A stretch of DNA of 64,000 nucleotides from Octopus bimaculoides (GCF_001194135.2 NC_068990.1:19626272-19690271), one strand, 5' to 3'; shown: positions 1 to 12,734, counted from the first letter of the stretch. A program made the numbers and translations. Notes: a model not told the origin generated them from the letters alone.

Positions 1-291
1 GTGACTGACATCAACTTGTTCTGCTATGTCAGAGGTCTTGCAACGAAGATTGTCCTCCACACTTCTCTTAGCAAATAGAAGGGTCCTGTCAGAGGGCCCT
101 GGTTGATTTGCACAAGGTGATGTGAACTCCTTCCCCTCTCTGGTGAATTGCACAATCACTCTATGAACTGTAGAAAGAGAGATCCCAAGGTTTTCTGCGC
201 GTTTACGCTGACTATGCCCACCTTCAGAATGACCCACAATACGGCCTCTTTGAAATTCAGACAGTTCCAAGGCTTCTTTTGTACATGGCAT
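1..291 (-). mobile_element. Tc1-like transposase, N-terminal DNA-binding (HTH) region; frame open to the window edge
   Basis: Manual translation of the minus strand from ATG at 291: [55 protein letters not shown]... (97 codons, no stop). It matches the typical Tc1 start (LS-F-RGRIVG...S-R-A-LG-S-STV-RV). Absent from the ORF track because it runs off the edge. Confidence 0.85.
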
Positions 292-1870
292 AATTAAACA
301 GTCACATATAGAACCTGAAATATAAAAAAAATATCAATTAATAAGAAATAGGAACCATTACAAGTTAGAATAAACATAAAACAATGTTTTATGTGGTGTC
401 TATTATGTGGTGTTATTTCTTGTAAATTGCCATAAAGGCATTACACAGAGGGGGACGCTACAACACATGTGGGATCATATAACAATTAAAAATATAAAAA
501 TCATCTCCGCGACCTCAGGAAAACTCCTTGTATTCTCCAAAGCTCCGTCCATCTTTATGACCCCCCTTACATGCTCCTCCTCTGCTGAAGACAACTCAGA
601 CCCGCTAAAGTCTGAGTATATTGTCTCTACCCTCAAAGGAGCAAAAAAAAAAAAAAAAAAAACGTCTGACACAAACGACAAACCAAATGCACTCTGATTG
701 ACGCATGCGCGGAAGCAAGCTTTTTGCCACACAGCCACGCCTGCATATATTAACTATTTAATAGCTTGGTTAATTATAGAGGTGCCCTACTTGGCTTGCA
801 ATTTGTCCTGAGAATGTGTGTTGAAGGTAAAGCGATTGCAGTGTAGAAGACATATTAGCCAGTCAAAAACACACTAAAACAGCAAACTTCAGTATAATAA
901 ACAATAAATGTTTAAGATCGGTTAATCTTAAAGCAATTGAAGGCGTTTCACTGCTATTTATAGCGAGTCGGTCGACCGCTTGGATTTAATTTATAGCTAG
1001 AAGAGGACAGAACGGTAGAGTATCAGTTAATTACGCTGTATTGCTTACTACACTAAATATTACAAGCATTTATAGCATAAGATTTATACGTTAAAATCAT
1101 CGTTGGTTTGAGAGACCACAGCAGTTAGCAAGAGAGGTAAATAATGACTGGTGATATCTGAGACGACACAAATTACCGTTAAAACCATTAAAAAACAAAT
1201 CCACTTCTTCATGTTCTTTCTTACATTCATTCAACATCGTTTAACCTTATTTCATGAAATTCTTATTCTCCTTTCCCCAATTATTATAGTTCCTTTCCAA
1301 CATACTCTTGTCTTCTCAAATTACATTGCTTCATATTGGGGTCGTCCTACGTTCATTTATTTAACGGGTACAATTTAGTCGTTGCATCATTCATTCAGCG
1401 TGAATGATTGTCCATAGTATCAAAATTTACCTCATGGCTGGATGCCAAGATTCTATAATGCAAACGTGCGTGTCATACCTTCTGAGTGTGTGCGTAATTG
1501 TCTTAGAGATATTGTTTTATATACATACATANNNNNNNNNNNNNNNNNNNNNNNNNNNNNNNNNNNNNNNNNNNNNNNNNNNNNNNNNNNNNNNNNNNNN
1601 NNNNNNNNNNNNNNNNNNNNNNNNNNNNNNNNNNNNNNNNNNNNNNNNNNNNNNNNNNNNNNNNNNNNNNNNNNNNNNNNNNNNNNNNNNNNNNNNNNNN
1701 NNNNNNNNNNNNNNNNNNNNNNNNNNNNNNNNNNNNNNNNNNNNNNNNNNNNNNNNNNNNNNNNNNNNNNNNNNNNNNNNNNNNNNNNNNNNNNNNNNNN
1801 NNNNNNNNNNNNNNNNNNNNNNNNNNNNNNNNNNNNNNNNNNNNNNNNNNNNNNNNNNNNNNNNNNNNNN

Positions 1871-1911
<41 letters not shown>

Positions 1912-3996
1912 ACATGTGTGATTATCTATGTGTCTCTTTGTGTCTTCATCACCCCTTTGAGATCGGTGTTGGTGTGCTTACGTCACCATAACATATTTTC
2001 TCTTATATATATATATTCTCTTACACATACAAACACACACGTATATATAAGCCCTAGAATTCGCAAGGCCGGCAATTCAGTTTCTATGACGCATAAGTGA
2101 CCACAACGTTCCCCATGAACGGGATAATGATTCGTTGTAGAGTGCAAAATTAGCGATCTTGTTGAGAGGGGCGGGGCAGGGACAGACAGGTCGATTACTT
2201 CGACTCCAGTGCTTGTCTTGTACTTTAATCTATTGACACTAGAGGGATAGAAGTTGACCTTTGCGGGGCTTGAACATCAGAACCTAAATAGCTGCAAGAA
2301 ATGTCGTTAGACATATTGCTCGACGTACAAACGATATTACTAGCTCACCTTATATATGTGTGTGTGTGTGTGTGCATTGATAGATAGGCATGTGTGTGTA
2401 TATATGTATATGTATGTATGTTTGTATAAAGAAATCATTTCTATTATTCATCTACTTAACCTCTCTTAGAGAAACGAATTTTCTTTACAATTTCTCTACT
2501 TCATACTGTCTTGTATTTCTATATTTTTGATTTTAAAAGGTAGACTGAAGAGAACAAATTCAAAATTAATATATTATTATTATTATTATTATTATTATTT
2601 ATTATTATTATCAGGAAATATATCAATGCAATTAATTAGTAAACACATGTATCTTAGGTATCTAATAGCATCAGTACATTTATCATACAGAATTTTTTAA
2701 AGAAAATCATATTAGTCTTAAAGAATGCTATATTCTTCACAAATTAAAAATATTGTATCTAATTTGTTGAAACTAAAATAGTTTCTTTTTCTCTGAGGAT
2801 TTACTGACATTTTTCTATCTTTTTCAATTGCCGCATTTTCATTCTATATATAACTACTTCCACCCTCTTTCTTTTTCTACTTACATTTCTTCTCCTTTTC
2901 CTTTCTATATAACTCCTGATCGTAACCATGTTACTGTCTATACTGTCTCGTATTCGCTTTCTACCTGATACCTTCTCTCACTCTGCTACTCATCCCCTCT
3001 CCTACCCCACTTCTCTCATTTATCCTGTATCATATTCCGTTTTTTTTTGTTTTTGTCTTTCAATATAACTACTTTCAATATTCAGAATATCTACTTCAAA
3101 TTTTATCTTAAAAGCAGTAACACAGTTTAATGTAGTGAAAAAGATTTACATTAGCAATACATGTTTATTTGCTATGAAGAGAAAAGAACATTGGAGTCTG
3201 TTGAGATTTTGATAAACAACAATTTATTCTTTTCGTACACAAGAAATGACAGTTGTTGTTACAACGAACGACAAAACATCGAGAGTTTTTGTTCTTGGTG
3301 TAGTGGCTGCAGCAGTTAAAGTGTCGTTAGTTGCTTGCCGGCTACTGACTTCTAATGTCGTTCGTCCTCCGACTGTTCATTGCCTTTCTGTTGTTAGCTG
3401 CTGTCAGCCGACTTTGTTTGTCAACTCCGACGTTGTCTGTCACTGCTCTCTCAGCTGCATCCCAAAGCTCTGTGTCTAGTAGTCACGATGTACTGCATTT
3501 ATGCCGGACGGTAGGTTCAAATGGAAGCGCGCCAAAAGAAAGCGATCCTATTTGACACGATGCCGTGTTTGGTCAGAGTTTGTTGATCATGTCGGCAATA
3601 TCTTAGTGAATTGTGATATCGAGCAATGGCTGAATATTCCGGCTACAACTATAATAAATTTATTTTACCTTGCGAAAAAATTGATAGTTATAATAAAGTA
3701 TAACCATCAAGTTAACTAGAGAAAAAGCCGACATGTCATTCACCAATTTTAAAGATTTACTTTTAAATGTGGTTGGTAAATATTTGGGCTGTTATACCCT
3801 TTCCCCCGCCCTCGATGTATTTTAAACGTCTTTCGTTGCCTTCGTTGCATGTTAAGCAGCAGTAGCTCGAAACTTATAAGTGCTAATCTGTTCACTCAAG
3901 ATCATGGCATATTTCTTCTTGGTAAACACGTACTCTGTCAGAATTCCAACTAGGTTTAATTATTTGAAGCATTGATCTACTATCGAGATCTGTACT

Positions 3997-4092
3997 CGTG
4001 TTCCACTACACTCAGGTCCGCGACCGAGGCTTACGCTTTTGACACTTAATGATGTGATACCCATGCACCTAGTAGTGTACACAGACGATAAT
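3997..4092 (+). mobile_element. Very old LINE reverse-transcriptase remnant (tentative)
   Basis: In-frame RVPLHSGPRPRLTLLTLNDVIPMHLVVYTDDN aligns with the spacing of the CR1/L2-type RT motif GVPQGSVLGPLLFLLYINDL...YADD. Identity is low. Confidence 0.35.
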
Positions 4093-4619
4093 AATATCAG
4101 TATAGTTTAGTATAATAATGAGAGCAATTTGCATCTGACGAATGCTTTCTTATTGAATAATCTTACGATAGTTACTGCTATGTGATTACATAATGATAGA
4201 TGGTCATAGGGTTGCATGATGAAGCTGGTCTTAGATCAATGAATAACATCAGCAGTAAGAGAGCAGGTAAGTTAACGTAGGCTAAACTACGGCTCAGAAA
4301 TTTATGTGTGGTTCCTAAGATTATATTGGATTCCATAGCCATTGTTCTTAATCTTACCAACCAGATTTCAACATTTTACTTGCCAAAATGAAGACTCTTT
4401 AAAAGCATTCAACAAGCAGGGATTAAACAATCTTTCTTAGCGAGTGAAAAGTAGGAACTGTATATTTAACTTTTATCGTACGCCTTGAATAATTTTCAGT
4501 CGACTAAATCGACGCTAACACTTTTTCATGCCTACTACTTACTCTATTAGTTCCTTTTGCCGAACCGCTCGTTTGCAGCGTCTGATACCCACCATCACCT
4601 GTTGTAAAGCGGTGTAGTG

Positions 4620-4825
4620 GAGGAGAAATACTGACACAAAGAAACACAAACACAAAATAACACAAACACGACGGGCTCCTTTCAGTTTCCGTCAATCAAG
4701 TTCACTCACAAGACTTTGGCTAGCCCTAGGCTATCGTAGAAGATACTTGCCCAAAGTACAACGCAGTGGGACTGAACCGGGAAGTATGTGGCTGGGAAGC
4801 AAACTTCTTACCTCACAGCTATGCT
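4620..4825 (-). mobile_element. tRNA/CORE-type SINE (family C, octopus OK-like), degenerate
   Basis: Reverse complement matches the GCTGTGTGGTAAGAAG..CTTCCCA..CAC..GGTTCAGTCCCACTGCG..CTT.GGGCAAGT.TCTTCTAC.ATAGCC consensus seen in other copies in this window. Confidence 0.7.
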
Positions 4826-5290
4826 TAAAGATATTTTTGTGGCTGAACTTATGAAACACCTTGGCCACTCCTAGTCTATAATCGTTAGGCCTTCAAGAAA
4901 TAGCTGCCAAATCTCCATCAAAGTGTACCCGATCATCACAGAAAGCAAAACACACAAAATAATCTATCCCTGTGTATTTTATGACTGCAAATCGAAAAGT
5001 AGGATGGCTATTGTGGCATTCATTATCATTCTCTATTGTCGGTGCCGCCTGGTATTAAACAACAAAACAATAACATAATACCGAACAGCCACTAACGCGA
5101 CCGGTAACCACAACAAAGACGAAAATCATCTGCCGCATTCTATGTTAACCGCAAATTCCTGATTTCAGGGTTCAGTAAGTGAGTGGCAGGCAAGGTATGG
5201 CTGTTGCTCACTCAACGTCTACAATGTATCACAATTGTTGGGAAAGGTATGCTTGCAATGGGCGAGCCATCCTACATCGGTAAATGATAA

Positions 5291-5369
<79 letters not shown>

Positions 5370-5539
5370 ATAGATAGATAGATATACATGCACACATACA
5401 CACATATATATAAGTCTTTGAGAGGAAGAAGTGTTTATTATATAACAAAGCGTAGGAGAAAAGTAAAATAAATATATAAGATGTTAGCAGAAAAAAGGTG
5501 TATGTGTGTGAAGGTGTGTTTGTATGCTTAAGAAGCACG

Positions 5540-5790
5540 CGTTGAAGTCATGTACTTTCAGATTTCCATATTCTGTCCCACTATGTGGCACCTTAGGCAA
5601 GTGTTTTCTCCCATAGCCTCGGACCTTGTTAGTGAATTTGTTAAGCGGAGACTGCGTTAAAGCTTATATGTAGGTCAAAATGTGTGTGTATGTTTCTTTA
5701 TACTTGTCATTCTCCCATCGGTTTGTTGGTTTGTTTACGTGCCAATGACATAGCGCTTCGCTAAAAGTGACCGACAAATCAAGTACTAGA
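5540..5790 (+). mobile_element. Family C SINE, degenerate
   Basis: CACCTTAGGCAAGTGTTTTCTCCCATAGCCTCGG core, plus the GTTTACGT...ACCGA...AAGTACTAG tail segment. Confidence 0.6.
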
Positions 5791-6599
5791 TTTTAAAAGA
5801 GATATTTTGTTATATGAAATACACTAACGGCTTATTAACTGTTGAATAAACTGAATTTCAAACATAGTATTCGTTTGTGAGCGAAATTGATGAAAACTGA
5901 CGGAAGAAGGTGTATTGGAAAGTTTATTTTGATTTATTTTAAAATAAGATCAATAAAGAATGATTCTTTAAGAATGTTACATTTTACAAATAGACATGTA
6001 AACAATTTAGATTATTTTAAGAAGGAAAAATCTCTTAAAATATCTGTATTATAATATGTATTAAATTTAAATAGAATTTACTACATATTTGTTTCCACTA
6101 TTCAAAGCACAGAATATTTATAAATCAGATTGATACTCACGTGTAATTTCTTTAATAAGAATTACACAAGGCGCTGTCTCTCCAAATGTTACTAACGTGA
6201 ACGAAATTTTTGCATTGATTGAGTAGTACTGTGTAGCATATCAGCATTATTTTATTAATTTAATCCAATTGTTCTGTAATTCTGACTGAATTTTACCTTT
6301 GTTACAATCGCGTACATAGGAGAATTTATTTATTTATTTGAGAAATAAATGCAAAAGCAAAGAACAAGAAAAGGGCTGCCTTTTGTTAATTTATTAATTT
6401 TTAACATACGACTTACGTTTTTAAATAATTTGAAATAGACGGAAATATATTTATTTTTACATGTATTTTATGAACTGTTTTTATAAGGATTTAGCTTATA
6501 AAGGTTAATTAAGGAATATGATATTCGATAAAAAATTCTTCTTTAAACTTTGTTTTCTTTAAAGAAGCATATTTTCTATTATAATAATGATTTCAAATT

Positions 6600-6800
6600 T
6601 TAGGCACCAAGTAAGTAATTTGTGGAGAGGTAGTAAGCCAATTACACCCCGCCCCATCCCAGTACTCAACTGATACATATTTTATCAACCCCGCCAAAAG
6701 ATAAAGTCAACGTCGGAAGAATTTGAACTCAGAAGGTACAGAGGGATAAAAAACGTTAAACAGTTCGCCAGGTGTCCTAACGATTCTGCCAGCTCACCGA
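6600..6800 (-). mobile_element. tRNA-derived SINE family A, degenerate
   Basis: Reverse complement of the GAGCTGGCAGAATCGTTAG...TTCTGAGTTCAAATTC head and the central domain. Confidence 0.75.
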
Positions 6801-6898
6801 TTCCGTTCCCTAGACTAAAAATGGTTTCAAATTTCGGAAGTTATTGAGGGGAAGAGGAAGTCGATGATATTGCTTCTATAATATTTTTAATCTTTTAA

Positions 6899-7211
6899 GG
6901 CGGCGAGCTGGCAGAAACATTAGCACACCGGGCGAAATGCTTAGCGGTATTTTGTTTGTCTTTACGTTCTGAGTTCAAATTCCGCCGAGGTCGACTTTGC
7001 CTTTCATCCTTTCGGGGTCGATAAATTAAGTACCAGTTAAGCACTGGGGTCGATGTAATCGACTTAATCCGTTCGTCTGTTCTTGTTTGTCCGTTACGTT
7101 CTGAGTTTAAATTCCGCCGAGGTCGATTTTGCCTTTTATCCTTTCGGAGTCGATTAAATAAGTACCAGTTACGCACTGGGGTCAAGATAATCGACTTAAT
7201 CCATTGTCTGT
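6899..7211 (+). mobile_element. tRNA-derived SINE family A with an internal ~130-bp tandem duplication
   Basis: GGCGGCGAGCTGGCAGAAAC (A box TGGCAGAAAC), GAGTTCAAATTCC (B box), central GTCGACTTTGCCTTTCATCCTTTCGGGGTCGATAAATTAAGTACCAG. The body from TTACGTTCTGAG repeats at ~7094-7211. Confidence 0.92.
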
Positions 7212-8073
7212 NNNNNNNNNNNNNNNNNNNNNNNNNNNNNNNNNNNNNNNNNNNNNNNNNNNNNNNNNNNNNNNNNNNNNNNNNNNNNNNNNNNNNNNNN
7301 NNNNNNNNNNNNNNNNNNNNNNNNNNNNNNNNNNNNNNNNNNNNNNNNNNNNNNNNNNNNNNNNNNNNNNNNNNNNNNNNNNNNNNNNNNNNNNNNNNNN
7401 NNNNNNNNNNNNNNNNNNNNNNNNNNNNNNNNNNNNNNNNNNNNNNNNNNNNNNNNNNNNNNNNNNNNNNNNNNNNNNNNNNNNNNNNNNNNNNNNNNNN
7501 NNNNNNNNNNNNNNNNNNNNNNNNNNNNNNNNNNNNNNNNNNNNNNNNNNNNNNNNNNNNNNNNNNNNNNNNNNNNNNNNNNNNNNNNNNNNNNNNNNNN
7601 NNNNNNNNNNNNNNNNNNNNNNNNNNNNNNNNNNNNNNNNNNNNNNNNNNNNNNNNNNNNNNNNNNNNNNNNNNNNNNNNNNNNNNNNNNNNNNNNNNNN
7701 NNNNNNNNNNNNNNNNNNNNNNNNNNNNNNNNNNNNNNNNNNNNNNNNNNNNNNNNNNNNNNNNNNNNNNNNNNNNNNNNNNNNNNNNNNNNNNNNNNNN
7801 NNNNNNNNNNNNNNNNNNNNNNNNNNNNNNNNNNNNNNNNNNNNNNNNNNNNNNNNNNNNNNNNNNNNNNNNNNNNNNNNNNNNNNNNNNNNNNNNNNNN
7901 NNNNNNNNNNNNNNNNNNNNNNNNNNNNNNNNNNNNNNNNNNNNNNNNNNNNNNNNNNNNNNNNNNNNNNNNNNNNNNNNNNNNNNNNNNNNNNNNNNNN
8001 NNNNNNNNNNNNNNNNNNNNNNNNNNNNNNNNNNNNNNNNNNNNNNNNNNNNNNNNNNNNNNNNNNNNNNNNN

Positions 8074-8137
<64 letters not shown>

Positions 8138-8519
8138 CACACTTAAATGTGTGTGTGTAATATATATGTTCAATCTCATATTATGAACCTGGTTATCCGT
8201 TTGCTGCAACTATTTTCCTTCCACTTCCTTCTGTTAACTTCATCACATGTATAAGTCAATGTTGTTTTACAATAGAATTTGGAGTTTATTTTTCAGCTGC
8301 TCAAATATATAACATATCTTTCTTGTTCTTGTTGTTCGTTGTGTTGTATATTTATAATAACTGTTCTTCCATGCCTCAGAGATTGATAAAATATTTCAGT
8401 TATGAAATATGACGTTGCAACTTGACTAAATACAATCTGAATTATACAATATATTATGTTGTAATGTAATATAATATAATATAATATATTATATAATATG
8501 ATATAAATATTAATGTGCT

Positions 8520-8557
<38 letters not shown>

Positions 8558-9092
8558 GACGCTGACAACTGTACGTTTTGCCACCAGAGGTAAACACGCA
8601 TACAATATACACGGCTACACACGTATGTGAGCACTGAAATATACTCATATAGAAAGAGTTGGAGGGAGAGAGAGAGAGGAGTGGAGAGAGACAGATATAG
8701 ACAGATAGACAGAGTGTCAGTGAGAGATGTAGGCTCAGGAACAGAGGAGTGCAGCAGGTGCAAGCACACTCCCGAAAATTGTTTTGTGAATGTAGACAAT
8801 GAAAATTCTTTGAACATCTTTAATTGGACGTGGGTTCACATCCCGCTAAGCAAATTTCATTCCTGCACTTCTGGAGACAGAGACAGAAAGAGACACAAAC
8901 ACACACACACACAGACCAAAAGGGAAAATCATTAAAACGGCTGATGTGAAACAAGTCAGCGTTTCGACGCAGCAATGCCATACATAATCGCCGAAACGTC
9001 TCTTACTCTAGCTATATATATTTCTGGTTTTGTCTCCTTTCCTTTTAGATATTGCCTTATACAATAAACATTATCACGCTTTATTCTTTCAG

Positions 9093-9350
9093 GATCTCAC
9101 TGTGACTGTGGCCTCCGAGCTTCCCTCATATGAAGTTGAATTGATTGAAGACATAGATGAACATCATGTAGTCAATCGACAGTCTTTTGTGGATGAACAA
9201 GAATGGCATCTCTACATGCATACGGAAACTGAGAAGAAAGAACTGGCCATAGACCAAGCAGATGCTACTGTTCGGAGGTCAGCACTCTCTGTGAAATGTC
9301 GAGCAGCGCGGCGACCCGGTTATTTTGTTTGGAATATATTTATGGTAACG
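9093..9350 (+). CDS. Internal exon of a Cys-less (Pro-loop) pentameric ligand-gated ion channel: beta7 to beta10, pre-M1 and first half of M1
   Basis: Acceptor ttattctttcAG|GAT at 9092/9093 and donor ACG|GTGAGT at 9350/9351; 258 bp, phase 0/0. Protein DLTVTVASELPSYEVEL...FVDEQEWHL...ALSVKCRAARRPGYFVWNIFMVT. EW (beta9 start) and RRPGYF.WN (pre-M1 Arg and M1 start) are pLGIC hallmarks. Joins in frame to the exon at 61788. Confidence 0.92.
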
Positions 9351-9501
9351 GTGAGTGTTAACCTACGTTACACCTATGTTACACCTTTTATGTGATTCCC
9401 TATTGATAATGAACTGTCTTTCCCAGCCCCACATCTGGCCATACTTACAGAATTACAGTCAAACTAACAAGGAACACTACAATACAATTATGAATAACTG
9501 T

Positions 9502-9985
9502 AAAAAAAAGCACTAGTGATGGTTCCACATAAAAAGCATTGGTGCTTGTGCCACGCAAGAAGTACTGGCACTCGTGCCTCTTAAAAAGCACTGGTGCGTG
9601 TGCTACACAACAAGTACTGGTGAGGGGCCACGTGAAAAGTATTAGTGATAATTCCACGTAAAAAAGCACTGGTGCGTGTGCAACACAAAAAGCACTGATG
9701 CGTGTGCAACACAAAAAGCACTGGTGTGATTCCACATTAAAAGCACTGGCGATGGCACCACATAAAAAGCACTGGGTATGGAGCCACGTAAAAGGCATCC
9801 AGAACGCATTGTAAGGTGGTTGGCTTTAGGAAGGGCATCAAGCTGTAGAAACCAAGCTAAAACAGACTGTGTAACCTGTATCATCTGGGCTTGCCAGTTC
9901 CTGTCAAACCGCCCAAACCATGCCAGCATAGAAAACTGACGTTAAATGTTGTTGATGTTGATGATAACGTTGATCATCATCATAC
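9502..9985 (+). mobile_element. SINE-like element with an internal ~26-bp minisatellite and an RTE-type 3' end
   Basis: About 11-12 units of AAAAAGCACTGGTGCGTGTGCAACAC-like sequence (9502-9795), then GGCTTTAGGAAGGGCATC.AGCTGTAGAAACC and CCATGCCAGCATAGAAAACTGACGTTAAATG with a degenerate (GAT)n tail. The RTE-type assignment is recalled, not searched. Confidence 0.65.
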
Positions 9986-10539
9986 AGTTAAAAGTGGCCA
10001 AATGGCGGTCAAAGTCCTTAGCTTTGAGAAATCGATAAAAAGTAAACGATTAAAACAGCAAGCATTGCTTAGCAAAACCTACTTCATAATGTAAAAGAAT
10101 GAAAATAACAATTTATATCATAGATTTACTTTCTCTAGTAAATGTAACACCGTAAGTGATTTTTTTCTTCTTTTCTCCGGCTTATATGCAGTGCGTAGAT
10201 TAGAAAGAAAACTTATTTAGTGTGACCAAAGGCTTACATGTTCAACAGAATTTTACATGAGCATGCAAACATATCTGATCGTTTAGCTTACGCAACGGTT
10301 AACAAAATATTGATTGTGTTTTTAACCAAATACAGTGCCAGAACAGATGGAATAATTAGTTCTAGAAACAATTCTTTCTAAATGTGTGTGTATGCGTGCG
10401 TATGTAAGTGTGTTTGTATTGTATTGTGTTTGTCTATGTGCATGTGTGCGTATGCAAGGGAGTTAATTGCTTATCCGATGCCAATTTACATAACTTCATT
10501 TATTGGTTTCTCTTTCTCTTTTTACACGCACGCACGCAT

Positions 10540-10579
<40 letters not shown>

Positions 10580-10601
10580 GCAAACATAGACACACACACG
10601 T

Positions 10602-10635
<34 letters not shown>

Positions 10636-11488
10636 NNNNNNNNNNNNNNNNNNNNNNNNNNNNNNNNNNNNNNNNNNNNNNNNNNNNNNNNNNNNNNNNN
10701 NNNNNNNNNNNNNNNNNNNNNNNNNNNNNNNNNNNNNNNNNNNNNNNNNNNNNNNNNNNNNNNNNNNNNNNNNNNNNNNNNNNNNNNNNNNNNNNNNNNN
10801 NNNNNNNNNNNNNNNNNNNNNNNNNNNNNNNNNNNNNNNNNNNNNNNNNNNNNNNNNNNNNNNNNNNNNNNNNNNNNNNNNNNNNNNNNNNNNNNNNNNN
10901 NNNNNNNNNNNNNNNNNNNNNNNNNNNNNNNNNNNNNNNNNNNNNNNNNNNNNNNNNNNNNNNNNNNNNNNNNNNNNNNNNNNNNNNNNNNNNNNNNNNN
11001 NNNNNNNNNNNNNNNNNNNNNNNNNNNNNNNNNNNNNNNNNNNNNNNNNNNNNNNNNNNNNNNNNNNNNNNNNNNNNNNNNNNNNNNNNNNNNNNNNNNN
11101 NNNNNNNNNNNNNNNNNNNNNNNNNNNNNNNNNNNNNNNNNNNNNNNNNNNNNNNNNNNNNNNNNNNNNNNNNNNNNNNNNNNNNNNNNNNNNNNNNNNN
11201 NNNNNNNNNNNNNNNNNNNNNNNNNNNNNNNNNNNNNNNNNNNNNNNNNNNNNNNNNNNNNNNNNNNNNNNNNNNNNNNNNNNNNNNNNNNNNNNNNNNN
11301 NNNNNNNNNNNNNNNNNNNNNNNNNNNNNNNNNNNNNNNNNNNNNNNNNNNNNNNNNNNNNNNNNNNNNNNNNNNNNNNNNNNNNNNNNNNNNNNNNNNN
11401 NNNNNNNNNNNNNNNNNNNNNNNNNNNNNNNNNNNNNNNNNNNNNNNNNNNNNNNNNNNNNNNNNNNNNNNNNNNNNNNNNNNNNNNN

Positions 11489-11556
<68 letters not shown>

Positions 11557-12377
11557 TGTGTGTGTATACACATAGACACACTTATATGGAAATGTTTTGT
11601 TAATGTATATATGGCTATATGTAGGATAATATAAATGTATTAATGTATAATATATAAATATAATAGAATATTTATGTGCGTATGTGCGTATATGACTGTC
11701 TATTAAGAAAGCTAATGGGATAAATTCTGAATAGAATGTTGTGTATTTTGCAGAAACATAAATTTAGCGTCGTTCACATAAGGAACTACAAAATTCACAA
11801 TGATCCAAAGAAGTACATAAGTGTGAATTGTTTCTTAGGTGCTCATTATGAATAATTAGGTCGTCGGTGAATCATACATATTGCCAATTAAGATTCGAAG
11901 CAATGTCTGTCACCAATGGCATTTACCATATGTATTACTGTTTTTTTTTTTGCTAGCAATTATCTCTGTTTCTTTGAAGAAGTTATGCAGTAAACAGTTC
12001 TGATGAGACGGTAAAATTAGTCGAGTAATATAGCGATCTACGTACATACATACCTTCCCACCTTCATATATATGCATTCATTAATACATGCATAAATAGA
12101 TACATACACGTATAAGCGCGGGCTGATGTGTTTTTCATAACTAATTATACATTTATATAGGTATGGAGACGTATATGTAGAGAAGGATAGAGATAGATAT
12201 ATATGCGTGTACATATCGTGTAATTATTTCGTTACTATGGCGACCAGTTCTCCAAGCTTTGGTTAGGTAAAATTATTCGGCACATATGGATGGGTGTATG
12301 AAAGTGTGCATAATTACACACACATGTAAGAACACCGTATTTCGTTATACATTCATGATATACTATAAAAGTATATT

Positions 12378-12424
<47 letters not shown>

Positions 12425-12429
<5 letters not shown>

Positions 12430-12592
12430 GCACAGAAGAGGCTGTGTGGTAACTAGCTTGCTTACCAACCACATGATTCCGGATTCAGTCCCACTGCGTG
12501 GTAACTTGAACAAGTGTCTTCTGCTATAGCCTCGGACCGACCAAAGCCTTGTGAGTGGATTTAGTAGACGGAAACCGAAAGAAGCCCTTAGC
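12425..12592 (+). mobile_element. Family C SINE, 5' half
   Basis: GGCTGTGTGGTAAC..GCTTGCTTACCAACCACATGATTCCGGATTCAGTCCCACTGCGTGG...ATAGCCTCGGACCGACCAAAGCCTTGTGAGTGGATTT.GTAGACGGAAAC. Confidence 0.9.
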
Positions 12593-12619
12593 ATATATAT
12601 ATATATATATAATAATATG

Positions 12620-12734
12620 ATTATTACCATTATCATTATTAGCATTATCTTTATTATTATTATTATTATTATTATAGTTGTTGTTGCTATTATCATCATC
12701 ATTGTTATTGTTATTATTATTATTATTATTATTA

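Noticed and set aside
3246-3719. Overlapping short ORFs in a slightly GC-richer patch
   Set aside because: No recognisable domain or consistent splice sites; probably an unclassified TE fragment.
4240-4272. Strong donor CAG|GTAAGT as a candidate upstream exon
   Set aside because: The phase-0 frame gives AVREQ with a nearby stop, not the expected FPFDxQ.
8941-9000. CTGATG...GAAAC and CCGAAACGTC motifs just upstream of the exon as a hammerhead
   Set aside because: No CUGANGA core with a stem II; only a short imperfect inverted repeat (8960-8969 / 8989-8998).
9030-9395. Octopus chemotactile receptor or nAChR identity
   Set aside because: No Cys-loop cysteine at the expected position, and the pore is ELIC-like rather than nAChR-like.
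9502-9795. CRISPR-like repeat-spacer appearance
   Set aside because: Eukaryotic intron, no cas genes; the variable halves are related to each other and too short to be spacers.
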